The notes beneath the pieces were generated by a model that saw nothing but the letters and a program-made list of their open reading frames with translations, did no database searches and was not told the origin of the DNA. A DNA stretch of 64,000 bases from Nitrospirota bacterium. Its GTDB lineage: Bacteria; Nitrospirota; Nitrospiria; Nitrospirales; Nitrospiraceae. The position numbers and the translations under genes were made by a program. Below, piece after piece: positions 10,653 through 22,524 of this stretch. Where the stretch lies: the NCBI GenBank assembly GCA_963701855.1, contig CAVPBK010000004.1:224001-288000 (forward strand), given 5' to 3'. Positions within the stretch are counted from its first letter, which is position 1. Each line of letters begins with the position of its first letter.

Positions 10653-11398
10653 TTACTCACTCCGATATCTTTGCACCATCTGGTAATAGAACCTATCCGC
10701 CAATGGTTGTACGTTCACACAATCTGCCTGGTTATACGCTAAAAGTCGCTCTCTCGCCTCCTCATCTCGACGATGCCGCCAGCGATTCCAGAGTTGGCTC
10801 GCATTGGCACCGCTCATGTCCCACAGATCAGTGCGACGTGGCATACCGAGTTGGAGCTCAATGGCTTTGAGACCGCCACAATAGCCGAGCTGCCGACCCA
10901 GCAAGCACAGATCGATATGGGGCTGGTCCAGCGGGAAGCCTTGGATACTTGCGAGGAGGACGGGCAAATCGAACAACGTCCCGTTGAAGGTCACGAGTAG
11001 ATCGTACTGGGCCAACTCCTCGCAGAGCCGCCGTCGAGTGAGTAAATCTCCTTCGACCAGCGACGTGCGGCCGCCATGTCCATAGAGTCCCACGACGGTA
11101 ATCTGTCCAAAGGAATTCGTTTCGATGTCGAGGTATACGGCCCGAGGGCGGAGCCATTCGTAGAGTCGCCATTGATCGGTTGCGTGCAGATGGAGAGCGA
11201 AATATCGAGCGTCCTCCTGTGCGCGATGTTCTTCCGCTTGATTCAGCGCGTCATCGTACGAGCGTTCCGGTCGAGACCGATGCCGGGGATGGAGGGGGAA
11301 GAAAGAAAGTCCTTCCAGGATCCAATGCCCCCCTACCACCACCATCGTTCGGTTCTCAGCCTCACTCTGGGCAGGAAACAAAAGGACGACTCAATCAT
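10653..11398 (-). pseudogene. RNase H-like (YprB/RNase_H_2) exonuclease with a disrupted N-terminus
   Basis: Core motifs YLDIET, LVTFNGTLFDLP, HIDL and LLAYNQADC. The likely true start (MIESSFCFLP, 11398) is followed by a TAG and a frameshift. Confidence 0.75.
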
Positions 11399-11547
11399 GT
11401 TAGGCAGCCCAGAGTTAATCGGTGAGTGCCTACACGGTTAATGGCACATTTCCCTCGGCGCGATTATTGACCAACACATACGCTCGCCGGTTCTCTGTTA
11501 CAGCCTTTCCTTGTCAGGGGATGATGTAGGTGTTTGGCCTCCCTTCG

Positions 11548-12165
11548 CTAGACGCAGAGGTGGTCGAACTTGCGAATGAAGCCCTGCTGCAACTGTTGAT
11601 CAGCTTCCAAGGTGTTACCATAGACCTTGATGTACTCAAGTAGGGCCGCTTGAAAGTTGTTTCGATAGAGGATTCGGTTTGCCACATCAGCAATAATGCC
11701 ATTGGGGCCTTCCTCAAGTATGCGCCACCCGTTCGTTGATCGCGCTTCATGTAGTAGGCCACACCGCACTCCCACGTAAAAGTCTTGTGCGGATGTCGCG
11801 TCGAAGGTGGCGGAGAATGGTTCTCGGATTTGAAGGAATTCGACAATGAGGTTTTGGCTATTTACATACTCGTGCGCCTGTAAGGTTTCCCCCAGCTTAA
11901 GATACCGATAGTTGGAGCCCTGGGCGGTGGATTCTAGAAACTCGATAAGACAGCAGAGAATGCTGACGATGGAGAAGCCCTCTCCTTGTAACGTACCCAT
12001 ACCTTGCAGAACTTTGATTTGAGATAGGTAGCGCAAGTTAATGCGTGTCTCGAAGTAGTCTGAAAATGCCTCACGCCACGCACCAGCGTCGTTTTTCCTG
12101 AGTCGCTCGCGCATCGCGCACCAGTCCACAGGTGCCTTCTCCGCGATGAAGCTATCCTCATTCAT
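11548..12165 (-). CDS. Hypothetical protein with an RxxxxH (HEPN-like) motif
   Basis: GFSIVSILCCLIEFL helix and FYVGVRCGLLHEA. Start uncertain (12165 or 12222). Confidence 0.7.
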   Translation of the reverse strand: MNEDSFIAEKAPVDWCAMRERLRKNDAGAWREAFSDYFETRINLRYLSQIKVLQGMGTLQGEGFSIVSILCCLIEFLESTAQGSNYRYLKLGETLQAHEYVNSQNLIVEFLQIREPFSATFDATSAQDFYVGVRCGLLHEARSTNGWRILEEGPNGIIADVANRILYRNNFQAALLEYIKVYGNTLEADQQLQQGFIRKFDHLCV

Positions 12166-12269
12166 GCTCTTTGATTCTGCCTCAGAAATCTGAACGTTGT
12201 TGATTGGTTGAATAGTGGGCAATCCTCACGCCGATTCATCCCCGTTGTCAAGCGACCGGGCCGTAGGTG

Positions 12270-12560
12270 GTCGCGGGGCACCGGAGACGCCGTGGCTCGC
12301 TGTACAGGCCGCGCGGATCAAGCCGCGCACCCGCTGATCCTCCAACGCTCGATCGGAGAGAGGGGTACGCAACCCTTCATCGAACCCGCTGCGCGACACG
12401 TCTAGGAGACGGCACCGTACTGCCGTCTCCAACTCACGACGCTGTGCCTTGATGAACGCGGACGTCACTCGGATACCCTGCGATCTGCGCCGATTGCTCC
12501 TAGGTCACCCCTTGTTCGAACGACCACCCCAAAGGTGTCCGTTAAAACCTGAGAAGTCCC
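12270..12560 (-). mobile_element. IS3-family relic (IR-like end plus orfB N-terminal fragment)
   Basis: AFIKAQRRELETAVRCRLLDVSRSGFDEGLRTPLSDRALEDQR...ASHGVSGAPR matches IS3 OrfB N-termini. GGTGTCCGTTAAAACC... at 12534-12560 resembles an IS3 end. Confidence 0.65.
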
Positions 12561-12625
12561 CCTTCGTGTAAACGAACTCACGAAGGTCGAAGAGCAAGCG
12601 GGATATAAAATATTGAACTCCATGG

Positions 12626-14266
12626 TCAAGTTGAGCGCTCTTTGTATTTCCGGTAGAGCCGGATGAGCGTGTTGGTGGAACTGTCGTGCTTGAGTGCAGA
12701 CTCGGACTTGCTCTCCAGTTCTGGGATGATGCGCCCGGCAAGTACTTTCCCCAGTTCAACGCCCCACTGGTCAAACGAATCAATGTGCCAGATGGTCCCT
12801 TGCACAAACACGCTGTGTTCGTACAGCGCAATGAGCGCTCCCAGGGTCTTCGGGGTCAGCCGCTCTAGAAGAAGCGTACTGGACGGACGGTTGCCTTCGA
12901 AGCTCCGGTGTGGAACCAACCAAGCCGGTGTGCCCTCGGCTTGAACCTCCTGCGGTGTCTTCCCAAATGCCAGTGCCTCTGCCTGGGCAAACACGTTGGC
13001 CAAGAGCAAGTCGTGGTGGCGACCAAGAGGGTTCAGCGGCTGAGCAAGCGCGATAAAATCGCACGGGATGAGTTTGGTCCCTTGATGAATCAGTTGGTAG
13101 AAGGAATGCTGACCGTTGGTTCCAGGCTCCCCCAAATAGATGGGCCCGGTTTGGTAGGCGACCTCTGCCCCGTCAAGCGTGGCGTGCTTACCATTGCTCT
13201 CCATGGTCAACTGCTGGAGGTATGCCGGAAAGCGCTTCAGGTATTGCTCATATGGCAGGACCGCCATGGTCTGTGCATCGAAAAAGTTATTGTACCAGAG
13301 GGCCAAGAGTCCCATGAGCACCGGCAGGTTGCGCTCGAACGGAGTCGTGCGGAAATGCTCGTCCATCTGATGGAACCCGTCGAGCATGGTGTGGAACTGT
13401 TCGGGGCCGATGGCGATCATCGTCGAAAGACCGATTGCCGAGTCCATTGAGTAGCGCCCGCCGACCCAATCCCAAAACTTGAACATATTGGCGGTGTCGA
13501 TCCCGAACTGCGCCACTTCTTCGGTGTTGGTTGAGACCGCAACAAAATGTTTGGCGACAGCTGTGGGATGTTTCAACGTCTTGAGAGCCCAGTCGCGCGC
13601 CGTGCGCGCGTTGGTCATCGTCTCCAGCGTCGTGAAGGTCTTCGACGAAACGATGAACAGGGTCTCTTCGGCATCGAGGTCTCGCGTGGCCTCGACGAAA
13701 TCGGTGCCATCGATGTTGGAGACGAAGCGAAAGGCCAAATCGCGCTGGCTATAGTGTCGCAACGCCTCATACGCCATCACCGGCCCCAGGTCAGATCCAC
13801 CAATGCCGATATTGATGACGTTGCGGATCGGTTTGCCGGTATGGCCTTTCCATTCCCCACTGCGCACCCGGTTGGAGAAATTGGCCATTTTCGCAAGCAC
13901 GGCGTGGACCTGAGACACGACGTTCTTACCGTCCACGATGATAGAGTGCCCTTTGGGAGCGCGCAGGGCCACATGCAGGACAGCCCGCTTCTCCGTGACG
14001 TTGATTTTGTCCCCGCGAAACATGGCATCGATGCGGGCCCGCAGACCGGATTCCTCTGCCAATTGCAGCAAGAGTGTGAGCGTCTCATCGGTAATGCGGT
14101 GCTTCGAATAGTCGAAATAGATGCCAACGGCATCGACCGCCATACGCTCCCCGCGGGTGGCATCCTCCGCGAAGAGTGTCCGAAGATGGAGATGTCGGAC
14201 CAGTGAGTAATGGGCGGCCAGGGCCTTCCACGCTACGCGTGTGGCGAGTGGAGCGATTGCTGTCAT
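12626..14266 (-). CDS. pgi: Glucose-6-phosphate isomerase
   Basis: [49 protein letters not shown]. Confidence 0.98.
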   Translation of the reverse strand: MTAIAPLATRVAWKALAAHYSLVRHLHLRTLFAEDATRGERMAVDAVGIYFDYSKHRITDETLTLLLQLAEESGLRARIDAMFRGDKINVTEKRAVLHVALRAPKGHSIIVDGKNVVSQVHAVLAKMANFSNRVRSGEWKGHTGKPIRNVINIGIGGSDLGPVMAYEALRHYSQRDLAFRFVSNIDGTDFVEATRDLDAEETLFIVSSKTFTTLETMTNARTARDWALKTLKHPTAVAKHFVAVSTNTEEVAQFGIDTANMFKFWDWVGGRYSMDSAIGLSTMIAIGPEQFHTMLDGFHQMDEHFRTTPFERNLPVLMGLLALWYNNFFDAQTMAVLPYEQYLKRFPAYLQQLTMESNGKHATLDGAEVAYQTGPIYLGEPGTNGQHSFYQLIHQGTKLIPCDFIALAQPLNPLGRHHDLLLANVFAQAEALAFGKTPQEVQAEGTPAWLVPHRSFEGNRPSSTLLLERLTPKTLGALIALYEHSVFVQGTIWHIDSFDQWGVELGKVLAGRIIPELESKSESALKHDSSTNTLIRLYRKYKERST

Positions 14267-14487
14267 GCTACTTCCCCTTCGGTTTGCGGCTCATTGATCC
14301 AGGACCGGACAATGGCCAAAAACTGGTCGGCCTCACGTTTGTCCAGTGTTTCATCGACAGATAAGATCACGTTGAGACCAGTGGTAGAACAACTCGAAAA
14401 CGCATTCCTTCTCGCACCTTCATATCTGTGTCGCTAGGGTCAAGGATTAGAACGCTCATGCCGGGTGAAATTTCATATTGTGTCGAG

Positions 14488-16023
14488 TCACGAATTCTTT
14501 CCCTTCTTCTTCCGCTGTCGCACCAATTCGGTTGGCAATGGCCAACTGTGCCCTTGAGCCAGTAGCCCTTGCGCATCCTGCGGCCCCCACGTGCCGGCGG
14601 CGTAGTTGGGGAAATCACCGGGCGGTGCCACAGCCCAGACCTCAAGCACCGGCATCAGCAGCCGCCAGGCCGCTTCCACCTGGTCGGCGCGCATGAACAG
14701 CGTGGCGTCACTCTTCATGACATCCCAGAGTAAAGTCTCATACGCGCCCGGCGACCGGGCAGCAAACGTATCCTGGTAATTGAACTTCATCTCCACCGAC
14801 CGCAGGTGCATTTTGGGCCCGGGGTGTTTGGCCTGAAAGCGCAGCACGATGCCCTCGTCGGGGTGGATGGACATCGTCAGACGGGACGCCTGCCAATCGA
14901 GAGTCGCCTCGGGTGGAAACGACTGATGCGGCACGCTGCGGAATTGGATGACAATTTCCGAGGCCTGTCGGGTGAGCCGCTTTCCGGTACGGAGGTAGAA
15001 CGGCACGTCCTGCCAGCGCCAGTTGTCGAGGAACAGCCGGAGCGCGACAAACGTCTCAGTTTGAGAATCAGGCGGCACATCATCTTCTTCCCGATAGCCA
15101 CGCACGTTCTTGCCGCCGACCCACCCCAGGCCGTATTGCCCGCGCACCACGTGTTGATGGACGACGTCCGGGTGAATCGGACGAATGGCGTGGAGCACAT
15201 CCACTTTCTTGTTGCGAATCTCATCGGCATTGAACGAGACCATCGGTTCCATGGCCACGAGACACAGGAGTTGCATCAGGTGATTTTGCACCATGTCGCG
15301 CAGCGCGCCCGTGTGGTCGTAATAGCCCCCCCGATGTTCGATCCCCACCTCTTCAGCGGCGGTGATGGTCACATACTCCACATACCGCCGATTCCAGAGC
15401 GGCTCGAAAATTGGATTGGCAAACCGGAATGCCAGAATGTTCTGGACCGTCTCCTTGCCCAAGTAATGGTCGATGCGGAAGATCTGGGATTCCTCGAAAT
15501 TGGCGGCAAGAATGGCGTTCAAGGCGCGGGCGGATTCCAGGCCATAGCCGATCGGTTTTTCAACCACAATCCTTGTCCACTCCCGGTCAAGCGCCAACCC
15601 AGCCTTGCCAAGGTATTTTGGGATTTCACCGAACAGGCTCGGCGGCGTGGCCATGTAAAAGATGCGATGGGCTTTGGTACCCCATTCCTTTTCCAGCTTC
15701 GCACAGTGCTCACCTAACGTCGTATACGTGTGGAGCTTCTTGAAATCGCCCCGCTGATAGTGGAGATGCCTGGCAAACTCGCGCCATGCGCCGCTTTTCA
15801 CCACTTTGTGGCGGGCGAACTTCTTGACGCCGGCGTGGAGCCGCCGGCGCAGCGTTTCGTCGCTGACGTCCACGCGATCCACCGCGATGACCGAGAAATC
15901 AGCAGGCAGACTGCGGTCCTCGGAGAGGTCAAACAAGGCCGGCACGAGTTTCCGCCAGGTCAAGTCACCGGCTCCGCCAAAAATGACAAAGATCGTCGGT
16001 TCGATGTGGTCATCCGGTTTCAT
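14488..16023 (-). CDS. zwf: Glucose-6-phosphate 1-dehydrogenase
   Basis: [41 protein letters not shown] at 16023 follows GGTGGGAG. Confidence 0.97.
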   Translation of the reverse strand: MKPDDHIEPTIFVIFGGAGDLTWRKLVPALFDLSEDRSLPADFSVIAVDRVDVSDETLRRRLHAGVKKFARHKVVKSGAWREFARHLHYQRGDFKKLHTYTTLGEHCAKLEKEWGTKAHRIFYMATPPSLFGEIPKYLGKAGLALDREWTRIVVEKPIGYGLESARALNAILAANFEESQIFRIDHYLGKETVQNILAFRFANPIFEPLWNRRYVEYVTITAAEEVGIEHRGGYYDHTGALRDMVQNHLMQLLCLVAMEPMVSFNADEIRNKKVDVLHAIRPIHPDVVHQHVVRGQYGLGWVGGKNVRGYREEDDVPPDSQTETFVALRLFLDNWRWQDVPFYLRTGKRLTRQASEIVIQFRSVPHQSFPPEATLDWQASRLTMSIHPDEGIVLRFQAKHPGPKMHLRSVEMKFNYQDTFAARSPGAYETLLWDVMKSDATLFMRADQVEAAWRLLMPVLEVWAVAPPGDFPNYAAGTWGPQDAQGLLAQGHSWPLPTELVRQRKKKGKNS

Positions 16024-16117
16024 CGTTCTCCCACCTTTTCCCGTTTCGAGGTTCGTCACACGCGGATCGCTGTTCAGCGTGGCCGCGCTCGTCACATCAG
16101 AGACCCTCATTCACACG

Positions 16118-16993
16118 TTACTTCGAGAGCAGTTTGCGGATAGATTTCAATTCCCGCCGACGTTTCTCGGTAGTCTTGGGATAAGCCATGTTCAGTCCAT
16201 TGAGCGCATCAAGAATAATTTGGGACACAATCAACCGGGCATTCTCCTTATCATCGGCGGGCACGACGTACCAGGGCGCGTGATGGGTACTGGTCGCGTT
16301 CAGGCACGCCTCATACGCCTTCCTGTACTGCTTCCAGTATTTTCGCTCGTGAATGTCCGCGAGGCTAAATTTCCAGTTCTTATCGGGGTCATCGATGCGC
16401 GCCAGGAAGCGCGTTCGCTGTTCCTCCTCCGACAGGTGCAGAAAAAACTTGATGACTCGCGTGCCGTTCCGGTAGAGATGGTTTTCCAGGTCCACGATGG
16501 AGCGATACCGCTCATTCCAGATGGAGCGCTCGTCGAGCAACGAGTCCGGCAGCCCCTGAGTGCGCAGGATTTCCGGATGCACCCGGACGATCAGCACTTC
16601 CTCGTAATAGGAGCGGTTGAAGATACCGATGCGGCCACGTTCCGGCAGAGAACGGGTGGTGCGCCACAGAAAGTCGTGCTCCAGTTCCGTCGCACTCGGG
16701 TGTGTGAAGCTGAACACCTGGCAGCCTTGTGGATTGACACCGGACATCACATGTCGGATGACGCCGTCCTTTCCGGCGGCATCCATCGCCTGAAAAATCA
16801 ACAGGACCGCATGGCGGTTGGACGCATAGAGCAGACGTTGCAGCTCGCTCAACTCCTCCACCTGTTTCTGGAGGAATTTGCTGTACTCCTTCTTCGACTT
16901 GTACAGAGACTTCACAAGCGTCGGCCACTTTTTGAGGTTGAACTTTTTCCTTGCCGGCACCCGGAATTCCTTGGAATTGATATTCATCTTCAT
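16118..16993 (-). CDS. ppk2: PPK2-family polyphosphate:nucleotide phosphotransferase
   Basis: [11 protein letters not shown]alker [27 protein letters not shown]. Confidence 0.95.
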   Translation of the reverse strand: MKMNINSKEFRVPARKKFNLKKWPTLVKSLYKSKKEYSKFLQKQVEELSELQRLLYASNRHAVLLIFQAMDAAGKDGVIRHVMSGVNPQGCQVFSFTHPSATELEHDFLWRTTRSLPERGRIGIFNRSYYEEVLIVRVHPEILRTQGLPDSLLDERSIWNERYRSIVDLENHLYRNGTRVIKFFLHLSEEEQRTRFLARIDDPDKNWKFSLADIHERKYWKQYRKAYEACLNATSTHHAPWYVVPADDKENARLIVSQIILDALNGLNMAYPKTTEKRRRELKSIRKLLSK

Positions 16994-17158
16994 GATTTGA
17001 CCCTGCTTAATCCCTCCACGCTTCGGTTTTGCACTTCATGTTTGCTCTCGCCAATACACCGGCAGCTTAATTTAGGCACACGTCTTCCCCGCCGGCACTT
17101 TCCCTTTCTGCCTTTCGCCATGACGGACAAGAAATATTTTCCAGCGCATAGCCGCCTT

Positions 17159-19651
17159 CTAGGCCACCGCCGCAGGAACGAGACGTTTGATCATCACGAC
17201 CTTCACGGCGTCGTTCACGACAAGGCATGAGACCATCGCATAGACGAAAATCGCGAGCATCTGCCACCAGGGCAATGGCGTCACTCCCGGGAGATACAAT
17301 AAACGTCAGGACGGTGCCGACGAGCACTTCCACCACAGCAGCAATCACAACAGCCCTACTGGGCATCGTCGCCCAGAACCAGCGGCGCTCCCGCGCGGAT
17401 ACGATGGAGAACGCGGCAAAGTAGAGCAGAGTGAGGAAACTGAAGGTGTAGAGGGCATCGTCGCTTGTTGCCAATCCGAAAGGTGACCAGCAGCTCCACA
17501 AGACGAGAAGCGACTCCGCGACCATCAAGGTGCCCAGCACCACGGACACGGTGATGAAGCCCCCAATGTTCCACGTCTCCGGTTTCTTGGACGGTCGAAC
17601 GCGGTCGGTGGCCAGGGAAATCTTTGCGAAGTCTGTTACGAAAATCAGCAGCAGCATCGCAAAGGCGGACATGATGAACTTGCCGGTCACCATGAACGCG
17701 ATGGCCACAAAGGCCGTCTTCAGGATCGTCCGGCTGATCTTGTTGATGATGTAGGTCAGGATGCGCTGGTAGATCATCCGCCCCTGCTCGACCAGCGCCA
17801 CAATATTCGTCAAGCCCGGTTCGGTCAGGACGACGCTTGCGGCGCCCTTGGCCACGTCGGTCGCGGCACTGACGGCGATGCCGACCTCGGCTTGGCGCAG
17901 TGCTGGTGCATCGTTGACGCCGTCGCCCGTCATGCCGGTGACATGCCCCGCGGCCTGCAGGTGCTGCACCACGATATATTTGTCCTCCGGAAATACCTCC
18001 GCAAAACCATCGGTGCCAGGGAAAAGATCCCCCGTCTTGTCGCCCGCCTGCGCGCTCGCGGCCTTCAGGTCCGCCATGCGCCGGATGATGGGCAGCCCGA
18101 CGCCGCGCGCGATTTCACCGGCGACCGCCAATGCATCGCCGGTGAGCATCTTCACCGAAACGCCGAGCTCATGGAGTGCGGCGATGAGTTGCTTGGCGTC
18201 CGGTCGAGGCGGGTCATATAACGTCACCAATCCGACCAATGCCGGCGCGCCCGTCTCGGGGCCTCGCGCTACCGCCAGCGTCCGATAGCCCTTCGCGGCC
18301 GATTCGCTGACGCGGGCCTCCAACGCCTCGATTGCCGGGGGCTGCAGTCCGCAGACTTCGGCGACGGTTCGCACAGCGCCTTTCATCACGCGAAAATGCT
18401 GCCCGTTCTGCTCGGCCACGGCTTCCGTACGCCGGTTTTTCGTATCAAACGGCGCGAAGGAGACGGGCGTGACCTTGGGGAGGCTGTCGAAAATGTGCCG
18501 CTCCTTTGCCACGGCCAGGAACGCGAGGTCAATCGGATCCTGGTTGGCCTCCTGCGACGCGAGGGCGCCGGCAAACAGCACGTCGGCTTCCGTCGCCTGC
18601 TCCAGCGGAATCACGCCGGTGACGGCCAGTTGGTTCATCGTGATTGTGCCCGTCTTGTCCACGCAGAGCACGTCCATGGTTGCCGCATCCTCCGCGGCGC
18701 TGAGGCGTGTGACCAGCACGCCGCGCTTGGCCAGCTCCTTCGACCCGACGGCCATGCTAACCGTGAACATGACGGGAAGGGAGAGCGGGATCGCACTCAT
18801 GAATAGGATGAGCATGAGCGGGACCACCTCGATGAGCGGCGTGCCGCGTACAAAAGACATGACGACCACTATGCCCACCAGCGCACCGACGACGAGGAAG
18901 AGCCACCGCACGACCTTGGCCATCACCGCATCAATGTGGAGCTTCGGTCGCGCCTGCTGGACGAGTTCCGTCGTGCGGCCAAATAGGTCTTTGCCCCGGT
19001 CAGCATGACTACGCCGTTGCCCTCGCCTCGGCGCACGATAGAACCCGATGAGAGTACGTCGCCGGAGGCCTTATCGGCATCCTTTGACTCGCCCGTGAGG
19101 GCGGACTGGTCAATGCTCATCGTTCCGGTGAGGAGTTTCACGTCTGCGGGAATGATGTCGCCGGGACGTACCCGGACAATGTCACCAGGGACCAACTCCC
19201 GAGAGGGAATCACCTGCCAGTTAGCCTCGCGCAGCACGCGAGCACTCACCTGCAACCGTCGGCGCAATGTCTCGACGACACCGGCGGCCCGGCGCTCCTG
19301 CATAAAACTCACCACGGCATTGACGACCAGTAGCGTGCTCACCACCGCGAGGTCCGGGTATTTACGGAGGACGGCTGACAGGACCATGATCAGTTCGAGC
19401 ATCCATGCCGACACGCCCCAGAATTTTCCGAGGAATCTCAGGATCGGATGCCCCTGTTGTTCGGGCACTTCGTTGTAGCCGTTCTCCTTCCGGCGGATGT
19501 CCACATCGGCATGTGCAAGTCCAATATCGGGATTGACTTTGAGCGTCGCGAGCGTATCCGGAACCGACCCGGAGGCGATGTCAGGGGGCTTGGTGTTTGC
19601 TGGCTTCGCGGAGGCCAGCTCGGCTTCGAGTTTATTTGGGGTCGTTCGCAT
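17159..19651 (-). pseudogene. Plasma-membrane-type (P3A) H+-exporting P-type ATPase with two frameshifts (real or assembly errors)
   Basis: DQSALTGES, CVDKTGT, KGA, DPPR and MTGDGVNDAPAL. The frame changes near 18982 (GAKTY|GRTTELV) and near 17293. The reconstructed C-terminus ...NDAVKVVMIKRLVPAAVA* stops at 17159. Confidence 0.9.
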
Positions 19652-19681
19652 CGTGAATATCCGGTCTGGCACCTGCACGGT

Positions 19682-22066
19682 TTACGCCGGTTTGCTTGGG
19701 TTGGTCGCGCCCCACGTCCAGTTACGAATCTCCGGCATGTCTTGACCGTGCTTGTCGATGTATTGCTTGTGATCGAGGAGCTTGTCCTTGAGCTGCTGCT
19801 TGAGGTAGAGGCCCTTGTCGCCGGTCTGAGGCAAGCGGTCGATGGTATCCATCGCGAGATGGAAGCGGTCCAGATCATTCAGCACCGTCATGTCGAAGGG
19901 CGTCGTAATGGTGCCCTCTTCCTTATAGCCACGGACATGGATGTTGTCATGGTTGGTACGGCGGTAAGTCAGCCGGTGGATCAACCATGGATAGGCATGA
20001 TAGGCAAAGATGACTGGTTTGTCCTTGGTAAAGAGCTCGTCGAAATCCCTGTCGCTCAACCCGTGGGGGTGCTCGCTCGGTGGCTGTAGCTTCATGAGGT
20101 CGACCACGTTGACCACCCGGATTTTCAGGTCGGGCAGATGCTCGCGCAGGATGGAAACGGCGGCGAGCGTCTCCAGCGTGGGTACGTCGCCACAGCAGGC
20201 CATGACCACGTCGGGCGCAACGGCCTGGTCGTTGCTGGCCCACTGCCAAATGCCGATGCCCTCGGTGCAGTGCTTGAGGGCGGCATCCATCGTCAGCCAC
20301 TGCGGCGCCGGATGCTTGCCCGCGACCACGACATTGACGTAATGGCGGCTGCGCAGGCAGTGGGCCATCACCGACAGCAGGCAGTTGGCATCCGGCGGAA
20401 AGTAGACTCGCACCACCTCGGCCTTCTTGTTCACGACGTGGTCGATGAAACCAGGGTCCTGATGGGTGAAGCCGTTGTGATCCTGGCGCCAGACATGCGA
20501 GGTCAGCAGGTAGTTCAGTGAGGCGATCTTGCGCCGCCACGGCAGGTGTGCGGTAACCTTGAGCCACTTGGCGTGCTGGTTGAACATCGAATCGATAATG
20601 TGGATAAACGCCTCGTAGCAGTTGAAGAGCCCATGCCGCCCCGTGAGCAAGTAGCCTTCGAGCCAGCCCTCGCATTGATGTTCGCTGAGCATTTCCATCA
20701 CCCGCCCGGCGGGCGCGAGCCATTCGTCGTCCGCCACGGTCGCGGCGTCCCACTGGCGTCTGGTCACTTCAAACAGCGCCCCCAGGCCGTTGGAAAGCGT
20801 TTCATCGGGACCAAAGACCCGAAAATTGCGCTGCCCAGCGTTGAGCTTCGCCACATCGCGCAGGAATGGCCCGAGCACATGGGTGTCGCCGATGCCGGGC
20901 GCCCCCGGCGCTGGCACGTCGGCCGCGTAGTCGCGGAAATCCGGCATCCGCAGGTCGCGGAGCAGGATGCCGCCGTTGGCATGGGGATTGGCCCCCATGC
21001 GTCGTTCACCCTCGGGCGCAAGTTCGGCCAGTTCCGGTTTCAGACGGCCCTGCTCATTGAAGAGTTTCTCCGGCCGGTAACTCTTGAGCCAATCTTCCAA
21101 CAGCTTGAGGTGTTCGGGATGGGTGGCCGGGTCGGAGAGTGGCACCTGGTGCGCACGGAACGTGCCTTCAATCTGCAAACCATCGACGATCTTCGGTCCC
21201 GTCCAGCCCTTGGGTGAATTGAGGATGATCATCGGCCAGCGCGGACGCGTGGCGTCCTTATTGTTGCGGGCATTGCTCTGGATTTGCCGAATGTCCTCGA
21301 TGGCCTTTTCCAACGTACTGGCCATGAGTTGGTGCATTGCTTCCGGCTCATGACCTTCGACGAAGTGGGGCGTCCAGCCGCAGCCACGGACAAACTGCTC
21401 CAACTCCTCATGTTCGATGCGGGCCAAGATGGTGGGGTTGCTGATCTTGTAGCCATTGAGATGCAGGATCGGCAATACCGCACCGTCAGTAATCGGGTTG
21501 AGAAACTTATTGGACTGCCATGCAGTCGCCAAGGGACCCGTCTCCGCTTCACCGTCGCCGACGACGCAGGCGACGATCAGATCGGGATTGTCGAACACCG
21601 CCCCGAACGAATGGCTAAGGGAATAGCCCAGCTCGCCGCCCTCGTGGATCGAGCCAGGGCACTCTGGCGAGGCGTGGCTGGGAATCCCTCCGGGAAACGA
21701 GAATTGTTTGAAGAGCTTCTGAAGCCCGGACTCATCCTGGCTGATGTCGGGATAGATCTCGCTGTACGTGCCCTCGAGGTACGTGTTGCCCACGACCGCC
21801 GGGCCTCCATGCCCGGGGCCGGAGACGTAAATCATGTTGAGATCGTATTTCTTGATCAACCGGTTCAAGTGCACGTAAATGAAGTTCTGCCCGGGGGTCG
21901 TCCCCCAGTGTCCCAGCAGCATGTGTTTCACATCCGCGAGCACCAGTGGCCGCTTCAGCAGCGGATTATCGCTCAAATAAATCTGGCCGACCGACAGATA
22001 GTTGGCGGCGCGCCAATAACCATCCATCCTGTGGAGCAGTTCCAGTGAAAGAGTTTGTGTCTTCAT
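19682..22066 (-). CDS. xfp: Xylulose-5-P/fructose-6-P phosphoketolase
   Basis: [55 protein letters not shown]. Confidence 0.98.
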   Translation of the reverse strand: MKTQTLSLELLHRMDGYWRAANYLSVGQIYLSDNPLLKRPLVLADVKHMLLGHWGTTPGQNFIYVHLNRLIKKYDLNMIYVSGPGHGGPAVVGNTYLEGTYSEIYPDISQDESGLQKLFKQFSFPGGIPSHASPECPGSIHEGGELGYSLSHSFGAVFDNPDLIVACVVGDGEAETGPLATAWQSNKFLNPITDGAVLPILHLNGYKISNPTILARIEHEELEQFVRGCGWTPHFVEGHEPEAMHQLMASTLEKAIEDIRQIQSNARNNKDATRPRWPMIILNSPKGWTGPKIVDGLQIEGTFRAHQVPLSDPATHPEHLKLLEDWLKSYRPEKLFNEQGRLKPELAELAPEGERRMGANPHANGGILLRDLRMPDFRDYAADVPAPGAPGIGDTHVLGPFLRDVAKLNAGQRNFRVFGPDETLSNGLGALFEVTRRQWDAATVADDEWLAPAGRVMEMLSEHQCEGWLEGYLLTGRHGLFNCYEAFIHIIDSMFNQHAKWLKVTAHLPWRRKIASLNYLLTSHVWRQDHNGFTHQDPGFIDHVVNKKAEVVRVYFPPDANCLLSVMAHCLRSRHYVNVVVAGKHPAPQWLTMDAALKHCTEGIGIWQWASNDQAVAPDVVMACCGDVPTLETLAAVSILREHLPDLKIRVVNVVDLMKLQPPSEHPHGLSDRDFDELFTKDKPVIFAYHAYPWLIHRLTYRRTNHDNIHVRGYKEEGTITTPFDMTVLNDLDRFHLAMDTIDRLPQTGDKGLYLKQQLKDKLLDHKQYIDKHGQDMPEIRNWTWGATNPSKPA

Positions 22067-22141
22067 GGTTTAATTCTCTCTTCCCCGGGCAAAATCGAGA
22101 ACGCAGCAAGGCGTCTTGGCTATCATGCGTTTTGCATCCAT

Positions 22142-22483
22142 TCAAATGGGGCGAACAACCCGGCCGGCCACAGCGGATATAACGCCATTCAGAATCCGGC
22201 GGAGCGAGGCACCAGCCCCGAACAGGGCGAACATGAAACGCCGAAATTGAGCCCGACTGAATGGCCGCTTTTGGCAAAAGACCACCCGGCGTAAATATTC
22301 TTCCAGCGTGAGCTTCCCCACTTCGTACGCTTCGAGGGTCAGGTGATGTTGATCCTCCATCTCGGCCCATTCCAGCTTGAAGGCCGTCGCCGCCCGTTTG
22401 CGGACATGATGATCCCACCCGTTGGTGAGCAGGACACCGCCGACATCCAGAAACAACGTCGTGATCGGGACCGCTCTGTTCAT
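22142..22483 (-). pseudogene. Truncated HAD-family phosphatase
   Basis: Motif I FLDVGGVLLTNGW is present. Similarity ends after QFRRFMFA and motifs II-IV are absent. Confidence 0.75.
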
Positions 22484-22524
22484 GTGGCCTTCATCAACGC
22501 CGTCAGCCATCGTAGGCAGTTCGC

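Noticed and set aside
14270..14480. ROK/glucokinase remnant (MSVLILDPSDTDMKV)
   Set aside because: The similarity is too short and degenerate to call.
14806..17230. Long plus-strand ORFs (303 aa and 474 aa), and similar ones at 23227-24705 and 32359-33447
   Set aside because: They are antisense shadows of GC-rich genes (zwf, ppk2, glgX, tal) with no motifs of their own.
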